Assembly: GCA_030248215.1 (NCBI GenBank)
Contig: JASANG010001107.1
Location: 434,001 to 498,000, forward strand
From: Enoplolaimus lenunculus
Taxonomy: Eukaryota
Direction of reading: 5' to 3'
Length of the DNA: 64,000 nucleotides
The position numbers were made by a program, and so were the translations under genes. The notes beneath the pieces are model-generated. The model saw only the letters and a list, made by a program, of their open reading frames with translations. It was not told where the DNA came from and ran no database searches. This document shows, in pieces, positions 37,101 to 48,747 of this stretch; position 1 is the first letter of the stretch, and the number at the start of each line of letters is the position of its first letter.

Positions 37101-38372
37101 ACTTTCTACTCATCAGGGTGCGGCGACCGGATGCCAAATACTGAGGGAGCCGGAGCCTGGCACGATGAATAAAATTTCGCGATGAATAGCAAATATTCTT
37201 AAGACACACAAGAAATTATAAAAAACACAAAAAAACTACGAAAAAGCATTAGAAATAATTTATTTTGAAATTTTTCTATTTTTTCGGTGAGACCAAAAGT
37301 TGACATAGACCGAGACATTTCATGCCGGGTCTCCACTCATTCCTGGCTCGTATTTAGGCTATTTCGATTAGACTCAGGTTTAGTTATAGTCCCATTTTTA
37401 CGCTAAAGTTTAGGCTTAGCCTTACGATAATAGAAATATGCTGATATTCTGTAAGTTAATCAGTTCGATGGTACTTGGCATAAATACGAATGATGGTATA
37501 AATTTTTTGAAGTTTTTAAAAATAAATCCGGCAAGTTAAAATACCGGAGCCGAATGTCGATTTTTTGCGCACCTTGCTACACATGTCTAGCCAAAACATC
37601 CCGTGCCACAATTTAGCCAGAATCCGAATGCAGCACAGTAAGTTTATTACATTGCCATACGCAAAATGTCGCGTGACGCGATATGGCAAACAACAGACGC
37701 ATTAGCAGTAACTTCACAACGTGGGAGTATCAAGAAAATGTCGCGTGACGCGATATGACAAAAACGGTACCGTGCTCATAGGTACATGCTTATGCAAAAG
37801 GTACATAAAACTTAAAGTTTAGACGTACTAAAAACAACAAATGATGTGTAAGTATATGTGGTGCAATGTGCATACGGTAGGTTGCAAACGAAATTCCGAT
37901 TCATTTAAAAATTCTGGTCTAACCAGTTCCAATTATGCGTTAACGAATCCATAAGTTTATTCAGTCGGAAACAATTTTTTAATTTCATGTTTGTTCTGTT
38001 ACACTACGCAAGTAATACAAACAAAAGTTCTAAGGACTTCAAAAGGCTAAATGATACAAAACAAACACTAACGCTGATGTGATCGGCTCTTTTTGTATGC
38101 AATGAATTTTCAATATATATATACATATATATATATAAAATTGTTCCAATGATATATTTCTGCAAATATGAATTCATGTGCGAATTTGCTGCTCTGATTT
38201 TGCTTCATATATAATGTACGTATAATCCAGTTCCATTATGCATCCCGCAAAATACGCTGTTATTTAAACTTATAAAGACTTTAGCCTAAACATTTACTTT
38301 ATCAAGGCACATCAATTCCTCCATCGGGTAAACTGTCTTGCCACATTCTGGACGAGCACAAACCTTGTTCAT
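28126..38372 (-). CDS. LASP1: LIM and SH3 domain protein (LASP/Lasp family), ~375 aa, 9 exons
   Basis: Minus-strand exons 38372-38298, 36641-36547, 33974-33890, 32869-32765, 32490-32385, 31187-31020, 29704-29612, 29207-28936, 28254-28126. Total 1128 nt, phase-consistent. [40 protein letters not shown]...PYCEAHYPK. Nebulin repeats: [29 protein letters not shown]. Gln-rich linker. C-terminal SH3: [21 protein letters not shown]...GWMTG...GMLPANYV. Confidence 0.95.
30104..30471. mobile_element. hAT-type MITE (TAGGGATGTG family) in LASP intron
   Basis: TIR TAGGGATGTG.CGAT / ATCGACACATCCCTA; perfect TSD ccaaaaat at 30096-30103 and 30472-30479; a diverged partial copy at about 61015-61290. Confidence 0.88.
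34380..34575 (-). mobile_element. hAT element fragment with transposase dimerisation-domain relic
   Basis: [30 protein letters not shown] next to the TIR end CCGCCCGTCCCTG. Confidence 0.75.
34795..35219. mobile_element. hAT MITE, CAGGGATGTGCGGTCTC family
   Basis: TIR CAGGGATGTGCGGTCTC / GAGACCGCACATCCCTG; TSD ctccacat/ttccacat. Confidence 0.88.
35682..36055. mobile_element. hAT-type MITE with GGATTC subterminal repeats
   Basis: Termini CAGGGCGGCAACAAA / TTTGGTGCCCCTA, flanked approximately by ctttgcta on both sides. Confidence 0.65.
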
Positions 38373-38744
38373 TACCGTTGCTTTGAACACAATGTTATTA
38401 TACCGATAGAAAATTATACAGTATACGTATTATATAAATATTATGTCGTAGTCTATATTCACCGTTCTTTCTGTATTAAACTACTGCCAGAAACTAAATT
38501 AACTCACCTAAAATGTTTACACCGGAACATTATTGGCAGTAAGTCTGTCTTTCAAAAAGACCAGCCAGGAAATTTTTTTACACAATCTTTACTAGTCTCA
38601 ATGCTTCTTGAGATATCAAACAGCGTACTTTGGTTTAACGCAACGTGTCATTTTTCAACAAAAACATGTTTTCCTAGCAATAAAACAGCAGTAAACATTG
38701 AATAGCCATAACTGTAAATACTGTAAGAGGTAACACAGTAACCC

Positions 38745-39382
38745 GGAAGGGCGGCCTCGGCAAGTCTCGGGATTCTGCTAGTCTCGGTCTCGCTTTTTTC
38801 AGTCTCGGTCTCGCTTTTTTCAGTCTCGCTCAGTGGTTTGCAAATCGAGACCAAAGCGGAGAAAAAGCGATTAAGCAATCAGAATCATTTCTTTGGATTG
38901 TAGCTTCGGCCCGAAGGTACTTGCGCATTTCGCCTACCAACACAGACAGCGAACGATTGTGGTACACCGGTATCTGGTTAAACAGCGATCTGAGAAACAG
39001 AATGCCCCCTCCGGTTACCCAAAATTGTATTTTGGAAAGGAAACCCAAAACACTTTGATTTTATTGCGACAAAGCAAAAATAGTTGCATTTTCGCGTTTA
39101 AAAAATTATGGGTCATCCGCATTTATAACGTCACGCTACATTAAAAAATTTTCCTGTCTATCGGTTTTCCCAGCAGCAAAACAACACAATAGCTCTGATT
39201 TACGGACAATAGCTCTGAAATACGGATTGTACCGAGGGTATTTTGAGACAATGGGATTTGCCCCGAGTTCGTTGCAAGGTTATTTTCGGTGGCGGTTAAA
39301 AACTAACCGAGTGCGAGACCAAAACTCTCCGTCGCGGCAGGTTGGGTCTCGGTCTGGCTTTTTGACCGAGATCACCCATCCG
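38745..39382 (+). mobile_element. Non-autonomous hAT element with transposase relic
   Basis: GGGCGGCCTCGG...GACCGAGATCACCCATCC ends. Positions ~38910-39004 read ARRYLRISPTNTDSERLWYTGIWLNSDLRNRM, homologous to the relics near 920-1030 and 34440-34530. Confidence 0.75.
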
Positions 39383-39410
39383 GATAGGTAACACAGATGG
39401 TTGACATAAT

Positions 39411-39478
39411 GCCGAGATAGCTCAGTTGATAAGAGCTTTGGCCCATGCCGAAGACCGCAGGTTCGAAACCTGTTGTGT
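39411..39478 (+). pseudogene. tRNA-like sequence (pseudo-tRNA or SINE head)
   Basis: GCCGAGATAGCTCAGTTG (A box) and GGTTCGAAACC (B box) at tRNA spacing; the acceptor stem does not close and the anticodon loop is irregular. Confidence 0.6.
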
Positions 39479-40159
39479 TCAATTCTTTCGAGTATAGGGA
39501 TAGGTGGTATTGGTCCCGGAAAGTCTCGGGATTTGGCTGGTCTCGGTCTCGCTATTCTTGGGTCTCGGTGGCTTGCAAAACCAGACCAAAGAGGTGAAAA
39601 AGCGATAAACATTTGATATTAGCTGAGCTAGTTAGAGTTGACGAAAAGACGATAATTATTAATAAAGTCGCATGTTCCCTCAAAGTGATTATCTTACCAC
39701 ATTATGATATGGATGGCTAAGATTTAGGTTTACACAAGAGCTTTTCGCACAGTTGATCACCAAGTAATTTTTCCAATAACATTGGCACTTAAGGTCGCAT
39801 ATAATCCGCTTAAGTTCAGTTTCATATGTGCGCAACGTCTGATATAATTGGATGTGTACGTTTTTAATCGTTGAATTTGTGCCACAATTCCTAAGTGGTA
39901 AATAAAGTAAAAAATACACAAGTTTTGGCGGCTATTAATTAGTTTAATTATATGAATTAAACTGAAATTCAGAGCAAATAAAAATGTTCAAAACTTTTGC
40001 TAGAAAAGGTCTCGGAAGGTTGGGTCTCGGTCTCAGTCTCAGTTTCGGTCTCGGTCTCAGCGTCTGTCTCGGCCTCGGTCTCAGTCTTGTGATAAGTCGG
40101 GTACGCTATGGTACGACGGTTTTTAGTTCTGAGTGCTCAGCAGCTGAAGATGAGGGACG

Positions 40160-40228
40160 CTCTCAGGAGGTTTCGAACTCGGTCGACATATTATCAGTGC
40201 AGCGCACTATCCACTGAGCCACGCCGCC
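40160..40228 (-). pseudogene. tRNA-like sequence (SINE head or pseudo-tRNA)
   Basis: Minus strand GGCGGCGTGGCTCAGTGGATAGTGCG...GAGTTCGAAACC; A and B boxes present, stems degenerate. Confidence 0.55.
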
Positions 40229-41248
40229 TAACAATCAACTGCTGAGTTTTTCTGTTTTCCTGCCTTATAAGAACCTCAACATTATACACATGTATCTTGG
40301 TTCTTGAATGTTTTTACTGCTGCTGCATATGAAGGCACTACATATGCAGTAGTGATGTTAACCGATGTGAAGCATCAGCATGAGTTTATTACTTGTCTCT
40401 GTGCATCCGCATGTCACAAGTCTCGCTCTCGCTTTTTTGACCGAGACCGCCAATTCCTGTCCACTATTCTAACTAACATAATACATACATACATTACATT
40501 GTCCACAAGACCGTGTCAGAACTGCACAGTGGGACGACAATACTCCGAAATACTGCGAATCGCGACCGTATGACTATAGCGGATATTAAGCAGGAACCGA
40601 ATAGCCCAATATTAAGCAGGAACAGAATAGCCATTTGATCTCTGTTCGCACCCTGTTCCTTGTATACGCATATGGTATCATGCACCTTTCTCCAAGTTAT
40701 CGTTTACAAAAACCTCATTACATTAACTTACACAGTTAAATTATAACACTAGCTACGTCTGTCAAGTCAGTCGAATAGAATCGGAATAACAGGGTAAAGC
40801 AAAAATTATATAGTTCAAACTTAAACTACAAAACAGTTGCTCAATGTATCCCAATAACTATTAAACAGTTGCCAAAATCTGCTTTTAGCTTTTTTAACAA
40901 ATCTCGGCAGTCTAAAGTTCAAAACTCACACAAGTCAACTCAGACTCTGGCAAAATCACCAAACTACTCAACACTTTAATACACAAGTTTGACAAATCTT
41001 AAACTCAAACTGTTCAATACTCCAGTTAACCTTTTACGGGATACGGGGTTGAAAGTCAATTTCCTGCTAATGTTAGATCTAAAAGTATAGGTCCGCTTGC
41101 GCCCAAAACGCAGAGTACAACCTGAGGTAGAAACAATCGAATCCGATTAACAAATTTTAACCAGCGCTGGAGCCAAACTTAAAATTTTGATAACAGAAAC
41201 ATTGAATTCGCAAATTTAAACAGCTTTACTTCAGCTAGTACTATAAAC

Positions 41249-42815
41249 CAGTCCTAGTGGGACTACATGTTTTGAGCGAAGGTCGAACACACGTAACTAA
41301 TTAAGCTAATATGCAAATTATTTATTAGCTAACAATTCATTTATCGGTTTTGGAGGTTTGTAAACAATTTATTCAGATTTCTCGCACACAAAAACCCTTC
41401 AGTAACCCAAATAATTAGTGAGATATTGCAAAAACGCCTACTTTAGGCTTATCAGTTAAGCTTGTTTGCAAATTATCTATTAGCTAACTTCTCAATTATC
41501 GGTTTTAGAGGTTTGTAAACAACAGATTACTCGCACCCGAAAACCTTCATTGACCCTAATAATTATTGAAATATTTTAAAAAGTCCGAATTTTGCCTTGT
41601 CAGTTTAATCTAATATGCAAATTAGCAATCAGCTATTAGCTTTTATTCAAATATCGGTTTTGCAGGTTTGTAAACAATTTATTCAAATTCTTCGCACCCA
41701 GAAACCCTTTAGTGCTGGAATTAGATTACTTTTAACCCTAATATTTTTTTGAAATACTGTAAAAAGTCCTAATTCAGGCTTATATATAAATTACTGTACT
41801 GACCCTAATAAGAGGGGTGGGTAATACGAGGGGGGTCCTCATTTTGGGTCCGAATCAATAGGAGTCCGTATCCCTAATAAGAGTCCGTAAGCGGATAGAG
41901 TCCCTAAACCGTAATTAGAGTCCATAAAGGTCTATTAACCCTAGTTGTAGCACATAAATGACTCCAGGACCAAATAATTTGAGTTGGAAACTTTAAAGCC
42001 TACTTAAATTTTGAAAGTATATTCCTAATTATAACGTTCTATTATCGCCCAAACTATTGCAACGAGACAAATATATGTTTACTTCAACGGATAGTTGCAG
42101 TACCGGATATATATCAGTAACGAAGGGCGGCGGAGCGTGGGTTAAAAATAAATAACAATCCGTAACCGAATAACAAGGGGGATACCCTCTGAAGAGGCCA
42201 AATAAATAGCAGTCCCCCCTCTTATTTGGGTCAATACAGTATGTTAATATGCAAATTATCTATCAGCTAATTCATTTATCGGTTTTGGATGCTTGTAAAC
42301 AATTTATTAAGATTCCTCGCACCCAGAAGCCTTTCAGTAACCCAAATAATTAGTGAAATATTGTAAAAACGCCTAATTTAGGCTTATCAGTTATGCTTGT
42401 TTGCAAATTATCTGTTAGCTAACTTCTCAATTATCGGTTTTAGAGGTTTGTAACCAACATATTTTCCCAGAAACCCTTTAGTGCTGGAATTAGATTGTTT
42501 TAACCCTAATAATAATTGAAATACTGAAAAAAGTCCTAATTCAGGCTTTTAAATTATGTTAATATGCAAATTTTCTATTAGCTAACTACTCAGTTATCGG
42601 TTTTGGAGGTTTGTAAACAATCTATTCCGATTCCTCCAGTCGTAGTGGGACTACATGTATTGAGCGGAGCTCGAGCACACGTAAGCAGTAAATAAGCTAA
42701 TGTGCAAATTAGTTATTAGCTAATTGCTTTGGATGCTTGTAAACAATTTATTCAGATTCCTCGCACAAAGCCCTTCAGTAACCCAAATAATTAGTGAAAT
42801 ATTGTAAAAACGCCT
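41249..42815. repeat. Complex modular tandem repeat (possibly Helitron/Helentron-derived), interrupted by a MITE
   Basis: Recurrent modules TAATATGCAAATTA...TTATCGGTTTTGGAGGTTTGTAAACAA...ACCC.AATAATTAGTGAAATATTG. The head CCAGTC.TAGTGGGACTACATGT.TTGAGCG occurs at 41249 and 42636. A reverse-oriented degenerate copy lies at about 12700-12880. Confidence 0.75.
41794..42239. mobile_element. Tc1/mariner/pogo-type MITE with TA target duplication
   Basis: TIR CTGTA(C/T)TGACCC(T/A)AATAAGAGGGG; TA at 41792-41793 and 42240-42241; an uninterrupted host unit (aaatTAtgttaatatgc) is at about 42551-42567. Confidence 0.9.
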
Positions 42816-42817
42816 TA

Positions 42818-43130
42818 AACCCAAAATCCCCCTTCGACCATATCCCGAAACCCCAAAGTCCCAAAATCCCTCCATCAACCATACCCAAAATACCGCCTTC
42901 AACCATGTTCCAATATCCCACCTTCCCCACATGCCAAAATACCAAAATTCCGAAACCCCAACTTCGACCATATTCGGAATGCCAAAATGCCGCCTTCGAC
43001 CATATCCCGTAATCCCAAAATACCACCTTCGACCATATACCGACATCTCAAAATCCCAAACCTTACCTTCCACCATACCACAAACTCTTGTGATGGGATG
43101 GTGGGATTTTGGGATGGCATCAAAGTTGAC
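42818..43130. repeat. Minisatellite-like element end (CCTTCGACCATA / CCAAAAT units)
   Basis: Short repeated units; the terminal block CTTACCTTCCACCAT.CCACAAA.TCTTGTGATGGGATGGTGGGATTTTG is duplicated at about 43433-43490. Confidence 0.7.
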
Positions 43131-45186
43131 ATGGGCCTTCCCTCTACTATTACATACTTCTTTAAATCTTTAAGTGATTGCTAGATCTATTTGAGATTTT
43201 TTAGTTTCTCTATGATGCAACTTTTCTGATGAGCGCAAATGATCATCTTAAACTTGCAAATGCAATGACTGTCATTCCAACCCGCAAACCGCATAGATGT
43301 CTGCCCTTATGGTAGGTAGCACCTGTAATTACATCTTGGACTAGCTCACGGCACAATTCTTTTTCTGCTACAAGTGCACGATTTGTGACTAGTTGCTACG
43401 TTAATGCCATAGTATGTTTTGCTGCCGACAATCTTACCTTCCACCATGCCACAAATTCTTGTGATGGGATGGTGGGATTTTGTGACGGCAGATACGATTA
43501 GCTGATGCAAATACTCTTTTCTAATTGGCTAAGTAATCGCTACCTGTTGGTAACCGCAGTTTGTTTTGCTAAAGCTAAGTGAAACCTTTCAGGATTACGA
43601 CTATCAATTAACCAATCAGAAAACGAATAGTTTTATTAAACATAATATTCCGCTTTGTACTACCCCCAATTCAGAATTGGGCTGAATTCAGACTTGGGCT
43701 GCGACATATGTACTCAGTAGCATAAACATCTATTGTTAATCGGCAAAAAAACAGTTTTTTGGTTAAGTTTTATTGCTAAGCTAAATTTTAATTAGCCCGC
43801 GAGCACAAACGTTTCATAGGATTCGAAACACTGCGTCAACATAGTGGTAGAAGCATTGTTTAAGCAGGCGAAAACTACCGTTGTCGTTGGAGTACAATAG
43901 AAAATTCAACAAATTTTTAAATCTAAAAGAGTCGTTAAAGTTTAAAATAAAAAATCGTCAACTTTAAAGCAGCATTACGCGAAAACGTAAATTTTAGGTA
44001 ATCGTTTATAAAGTCGTCCTATTGGACATTTGTGTTTTAGCGTTGTTTTTTGCTCACTCCAGTCTAAATATACATCATTAAGAAATATGTGTTCGGCTAC
44101 AAGTTCGGCTTAATTACGTCATCGAATTTGGGACGCAGTCGTTTTTCGAATTTCTCATACCTTAGCAACAACAAGACGGACCTAACTATTTTTGGAAATT
44201 TGTTTCGCTTGACACAGCAAAACTCTAGGCGCACTTTTGAATGTCATCAAATTCTGGCCGTATCAGCCTTCGGCCCATGTTAAGCTTTAGAGTGATTTTG
44301 CTTTGGCTTAGGCTTAGGCTTAGCTTTATATTTACGTTTTAGGCTTAGCCTTTGGAATAATGCTTGTACTAATGCCACCGTGTCCCGTAAATGACTCGGT
44401 GAGGTGAGAAGCCGTGGGAATCCGCGGGTCAAATGATACCGCGGCAAGTTTTTGGCGGAGTATTTTCGTGACCGGTGATGCATGCAATTCTTTCCCCATA
44501 TAAAAATTCTTTCCTTCACTGAGTCATTGCAAGTAGTATCTTCTTTTACGACATCAATCTAGGTTTTTCTCCGAAGAAACACATTTGGTTTGGTAACGTT
44601 ATATTGCTGATATATATAATCACACAAAAAACCGTTTCAATATACCCCTTAGCGTAAATTTTGCTGCCGAAGCGGTTGCTGATCATTTCAAAAGAGTTGT
44701 ATCGTATATCTTTAAGTAGGTATAGGGAATTAAGCCAATAGCATTACGAATAGTTTACTACATCGGCTCGGCTGGGAGACACTTCGCGAGATGTAGGCTG
44801 TGACAAAGGCAGAAGGGCAATTCGCCGCCCATCGTTATACTTAGGCTTACGCCTAGGCATAGGATGACGTTTAGGTTTATACTTAGATTTATTAATAGGC
44901 TTTAGGACGCTGTTGAGCGACAAACTGTCGGGCGACGAATTGTCGTAGTTTCACGGCAAAGGCTGCGAATAGTTGGTTGACGTAACTGAAGCTTTTGTTA
45001 TGCATGATCGATGATGTTTATTATTGGGAATAAAAGAGCTCAGGGCAAAGCGTAATTTTCCAACAACGATTTTTAAACTCTTCCTGGTACACGATATCTT
45101 TTTCAAATATCTTCGGCGTAGTAAAAAATTGTTATCTTTGCACAAATGTGGTAATTCTTTCAGTATAATTAAAGTAGTAATAAACA

Positions 45187-47103
45187 ATGCATGTTCAGCG
45201 GCTTTTTGCCATCCTTGCGACTTTTGCGCTTGTGATATTAACGCAAACCACTGCGGTGAGTATATAACATATAAATGTGTGTATCTGTATAGTTATATAT
45301 TATGTATACATGCAGGGTTGGCTTATTTCCGGAAAAATTGAATCGACCGGAAAAACGGGTTTTTTTCGTTTTTTGTATACTTTTGTTTTCTCGGTCTTTC
45401 CGGCAATTTACGAGAGGCATGTATTCAACTATTCCTCTTACTGCTTGATCCAATGGGGAAGCAAGAGTTTGTATTTAAAGGTTTAGCAGTAACATGGTGT
45501 TTGGTTTTTGACTGGCTTTGCTCGCGAGTGCTTCCACTCTATCTCGTGCGGTCCCTCATTTTACAGTAAATCAGCCTTCGCGATCACAGGAGCGTGCGAA
45601 AACACGATATTTCACGGTTTCTGCAATGTTTTGTCGCTGGTTTGCGAGTAATTGACTGATATTAGATATTAGAAGTGGTTTTTCCATTTTTTTCGTTTAT
45701 TCCACCTCCCAGGAAAAAGGGAAAAAAACCGGAAAAAACCGTTGTTCCATTGGTTTTTTCCGGTGCCTACAAGAAATATCTTCAAACTTACAACCACATA
45801 CGGTGTCACCCACGCTCAATTGATTTTTATCTATTCCGCATCGTCTTGTTGGGAAATTTTTAACTATTCCCGTGTTTTAATCGAAAAAATTTGCACAGTT
45901 TTATAAAGGTATTAAAATGCAGCTATATGCAAGTCAGCTGTGGCTGCCAAGGTTGCAAGTAGGTACAGAGGGGAGTTACAGGTGGCACAATCACCACGAC
46001 GAAAATATTCGTTCCCCACCTCCGATCTAACAAATTTTGTGCAGTCTGAAAGGAATTTGATTTGCGTCCCATTTTCCCGCTTTCTTAGCGAAAATATATA
46101 GCTGTCCCATTTTCCCGTTTTCCCAGCGAAAATTTGCAGCTGCCCCGTTTTCCCATTTGCCAGAAACAAGGCTGTCCATTTTCCCGTCTGCACTTAACGC
46201 TGCCGGCGAACTCAAAATGGTAATTTTTTGGGATTGTGAAGATAATATTTGTCACAATAGCCAAACTGCCAAACTCTGTCATTGGTCAATTCATTGGCGG
46301 ATCCAAGGGAGGAACGAAGATTAAAACCAAAATGTTGTGGTATGATGTATTGAAATTGTGTTTAACTTCTCCATCGTTTCACTCGCGAGCTTTTTTCAAT
46401 TTTCACATCGTTCGACTTCTCCAAATAGGAATTTCTAAATCCACCAGTGGGCCAACTTTCGTAGCAAAAAAATTTTGTACCGTTGCCACCTACACGCTTA
46501 AATATTTCGAGTAATTTTGAATTTAATAGCAGAAAACCTCAACCTAAAATTTGTTTACAGTTCGATGATGGATACGATTGGGGTGATGACTGGGGTGATT
46601 TCGATAGTGGCAACAACAACAACGTCGATACTCCACCACCAACAGCACCGCCGCCTAGGCCTACCCCAGCCCCTGATCGTCTAACGCATGCGCCAGTTAC
46701 CGATCCACCTAGGACGCCAGCTCCGCCAATCCCTAGTCGGCCAAACCCATCGGAAACATTTCGTCCCGATCCTCGGCCATTACAGCCCGAGAACACTAGA
46801 GGAAGCAATTCAATTCGCGAAAGGCCGGATCGCTTAGGCGGCGGCCGACGGCCGTTTTGGGCTAATTCTCCTGGCGGACAACCCATTCGGCGTCTACCGA
46901 CACCAGTCACCAGGCGCAGGGGTGAAGTATCATCGGTAAGCGGCGGATCGAGCAATGGCCGAAATAGCTTCTCGAACAACAGCAGATTTCGAACCGCGAT
47001 CATTAACAGTCGTGGATCTGGGCTTGGAGAGTCCTCTCAGGTGCGGACTTCGTCAAGACTTGGAGGCGCCCCAGGAACACCAGTCCGACCGCGGCGGTTT
47101 TGA
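45187..47103 (+). CDS. Putative secreted protein, 203 aa: signal peptide, acidic N-terminus, Pro-rich middle, Arg/Ser/Gly-rich C-terminus; family not recognised
   Basis: Exon 1 45187-45255 encodes MHVQRLFAILATFALVILTQTTA (signal-peptide-like), followed by GTGAGT. Exon 2 46561-47103 follows TTTGTTTACAG in phase 0 and is a GC-rich open frame (FDDGYDWGDDWGDFD...PPPTAPPPRPTPAP...VRPRRF*). Confidence 0.8.
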
Positions 47104-48198
47104 ACAGTGCTTTTGAAATCAATTGGTAAAAATAATTGAACATGTTGCAAATAGCTTTTTAAAGACAGTAAAGCGGAAAACTTTTCACACGTAATAATGG
47201 CTTCTAAGTGAGCAAAGAGTTTTATGTCTATTGAAATACGAAGATACTGCTTAGATGCTGTTTATGCAAAGTCTAGGTTTAGAAAATTGGTTTTATAACT
47301 CTGTTGAGTTAATTATATATAGTAATATATCATCTAAATAATATAATATATAATATATATGCCGCTTTATTTGTATTTCCGCTGGCTTGGGCCTGTTTAA
47401 GGGTACAACTTTCAGATGAATTTGTTCAATTAATCACTGTTGAATAATTTTTGTAAACAAGAAACAGCTGATCCGAGTTTGTGTTACTGGATTACTATAT
47501 ATTCATTTAAAGTTTTAAACTATGGTTTACCTAGAATAAAGCTTACATTACTGAAATTCGACGACTATGTTTTAAGTGTCCTTTCTGGAAAATCCGTACC
47601 AGTAATAAAATGTGTAGATAATGATGAGTATGTGGGTACTGGGTAGGTAGCAATAGATGTAAGAAAATTAGAAAAGCAACTGTTGTTGTACACTAAGCCT
47701 AAGCCATTACCTAAGTTTTCCCAAATCTAAGCAAAGCCTAAGACTAAGCCTCAATATTAAATGTGCGTTAAAATTCTTGCTAGTTGAGATATTGTTAAAT
47801 TGTTGTAGGCTTCGTATTTAATTCTCAATATTGCAAGTTACTCTTAAGCCATATTCACACGTGCAGGTTTTTGCAGCAAAAACTTGCACGTATAACTTGC
47901 ATATACAAGTTTGGTCACGAAGTTCTTGCAGATGCAAAATATTCACTGTAATTCATGCTATTGAATTTTATTCGCACATGTGAATGATTTCTACTCTATA
48001 CCCAATGAATATCAAAAATTTTAACCCATGGGGTTCAAATAACGCCTTGGCACATGGCGCCCATAGAATTAATGTTCCACTTAATGAAATGGAAAATTGC
48101 TTATTTTAAACTGCGCCAGCAACCATTCGAAAAGGCAATAGTACTTACCAACGATATTAAACTGAGATAGTAGAACGATTAGCTTCAAAAGCTCAATG

Positions 48199-48535
48199 CA
48201 ATGCTTTAATGCATCGTTCACAATAAAAAAATTTCATTTTGCCACTGAAAACATTATGAGGTAGGGTTAACACGTGTCCATTTTCAAAATTGTATTGCGT
48301 TAACCCTACCATAACGCAAAAATTGCGTTAACTCTACCCTAACGCGCGGTACAAGATGCCCTGTGACGCGTAATATAATAGGGCTGTGACATTTGCTAGG
48401 TTCGGTTAACAAACATCTGCGCTACGGTAGGGCTAACGCAAGACAATTGAGAAAATTGACACGTGTTAATCCTATCTTTTATGTTTTCGGTGGAAAAATG
48501 AAGATTTTTACTGTGAACGATGCATAACGCTATTG
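48199..48535. repeat. Long imperfect palindrome (MITE-like hairpin) between convergent genes
   Basis: ATGCATCGTTCACA..AAAAA.TTCATTTT.CCAC.GAAAACAT..GGTAGGGTTAACACGTGTC is mirrored at about 48450-48525. Confidence 0.8.
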
Positions 48536-48747
48536 TAAAACAAAATGCCAACATTACAAATTTATATTATAGTATTTTTGTAAACAACTTTCAGTAGTGA
48601 ATTACGGGGATTTTATGATACACGACCCAATAACCGTTGTTTTGTCATGGTCAAAATTATGCGCTGCAGTCTTTTCATCCGAAGTTCACGTTTAGCAAGT
48701 CGGCATATATGATCATCTCAGCTACCTATCACACAGTTATAATAGAA

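Noticed and set aside
39411..39478. Functional tRNA-Phe or tRNA-Met gene
   Set aside because: Acceptor stem does not pair and the anticodon loop is irregular; kept only as pseudo-tRNA/SINE.
42720..43184. Several overlapping ORFs (PKIPPST repeats)
   Set aside because: Artefacts of a minisatellite-like element end that is open in most frames.
46539..47003. 154-aa antisense ORF
   Set aside because: Shadow of the GC-rich Pro/Arg exon on the plus strand.
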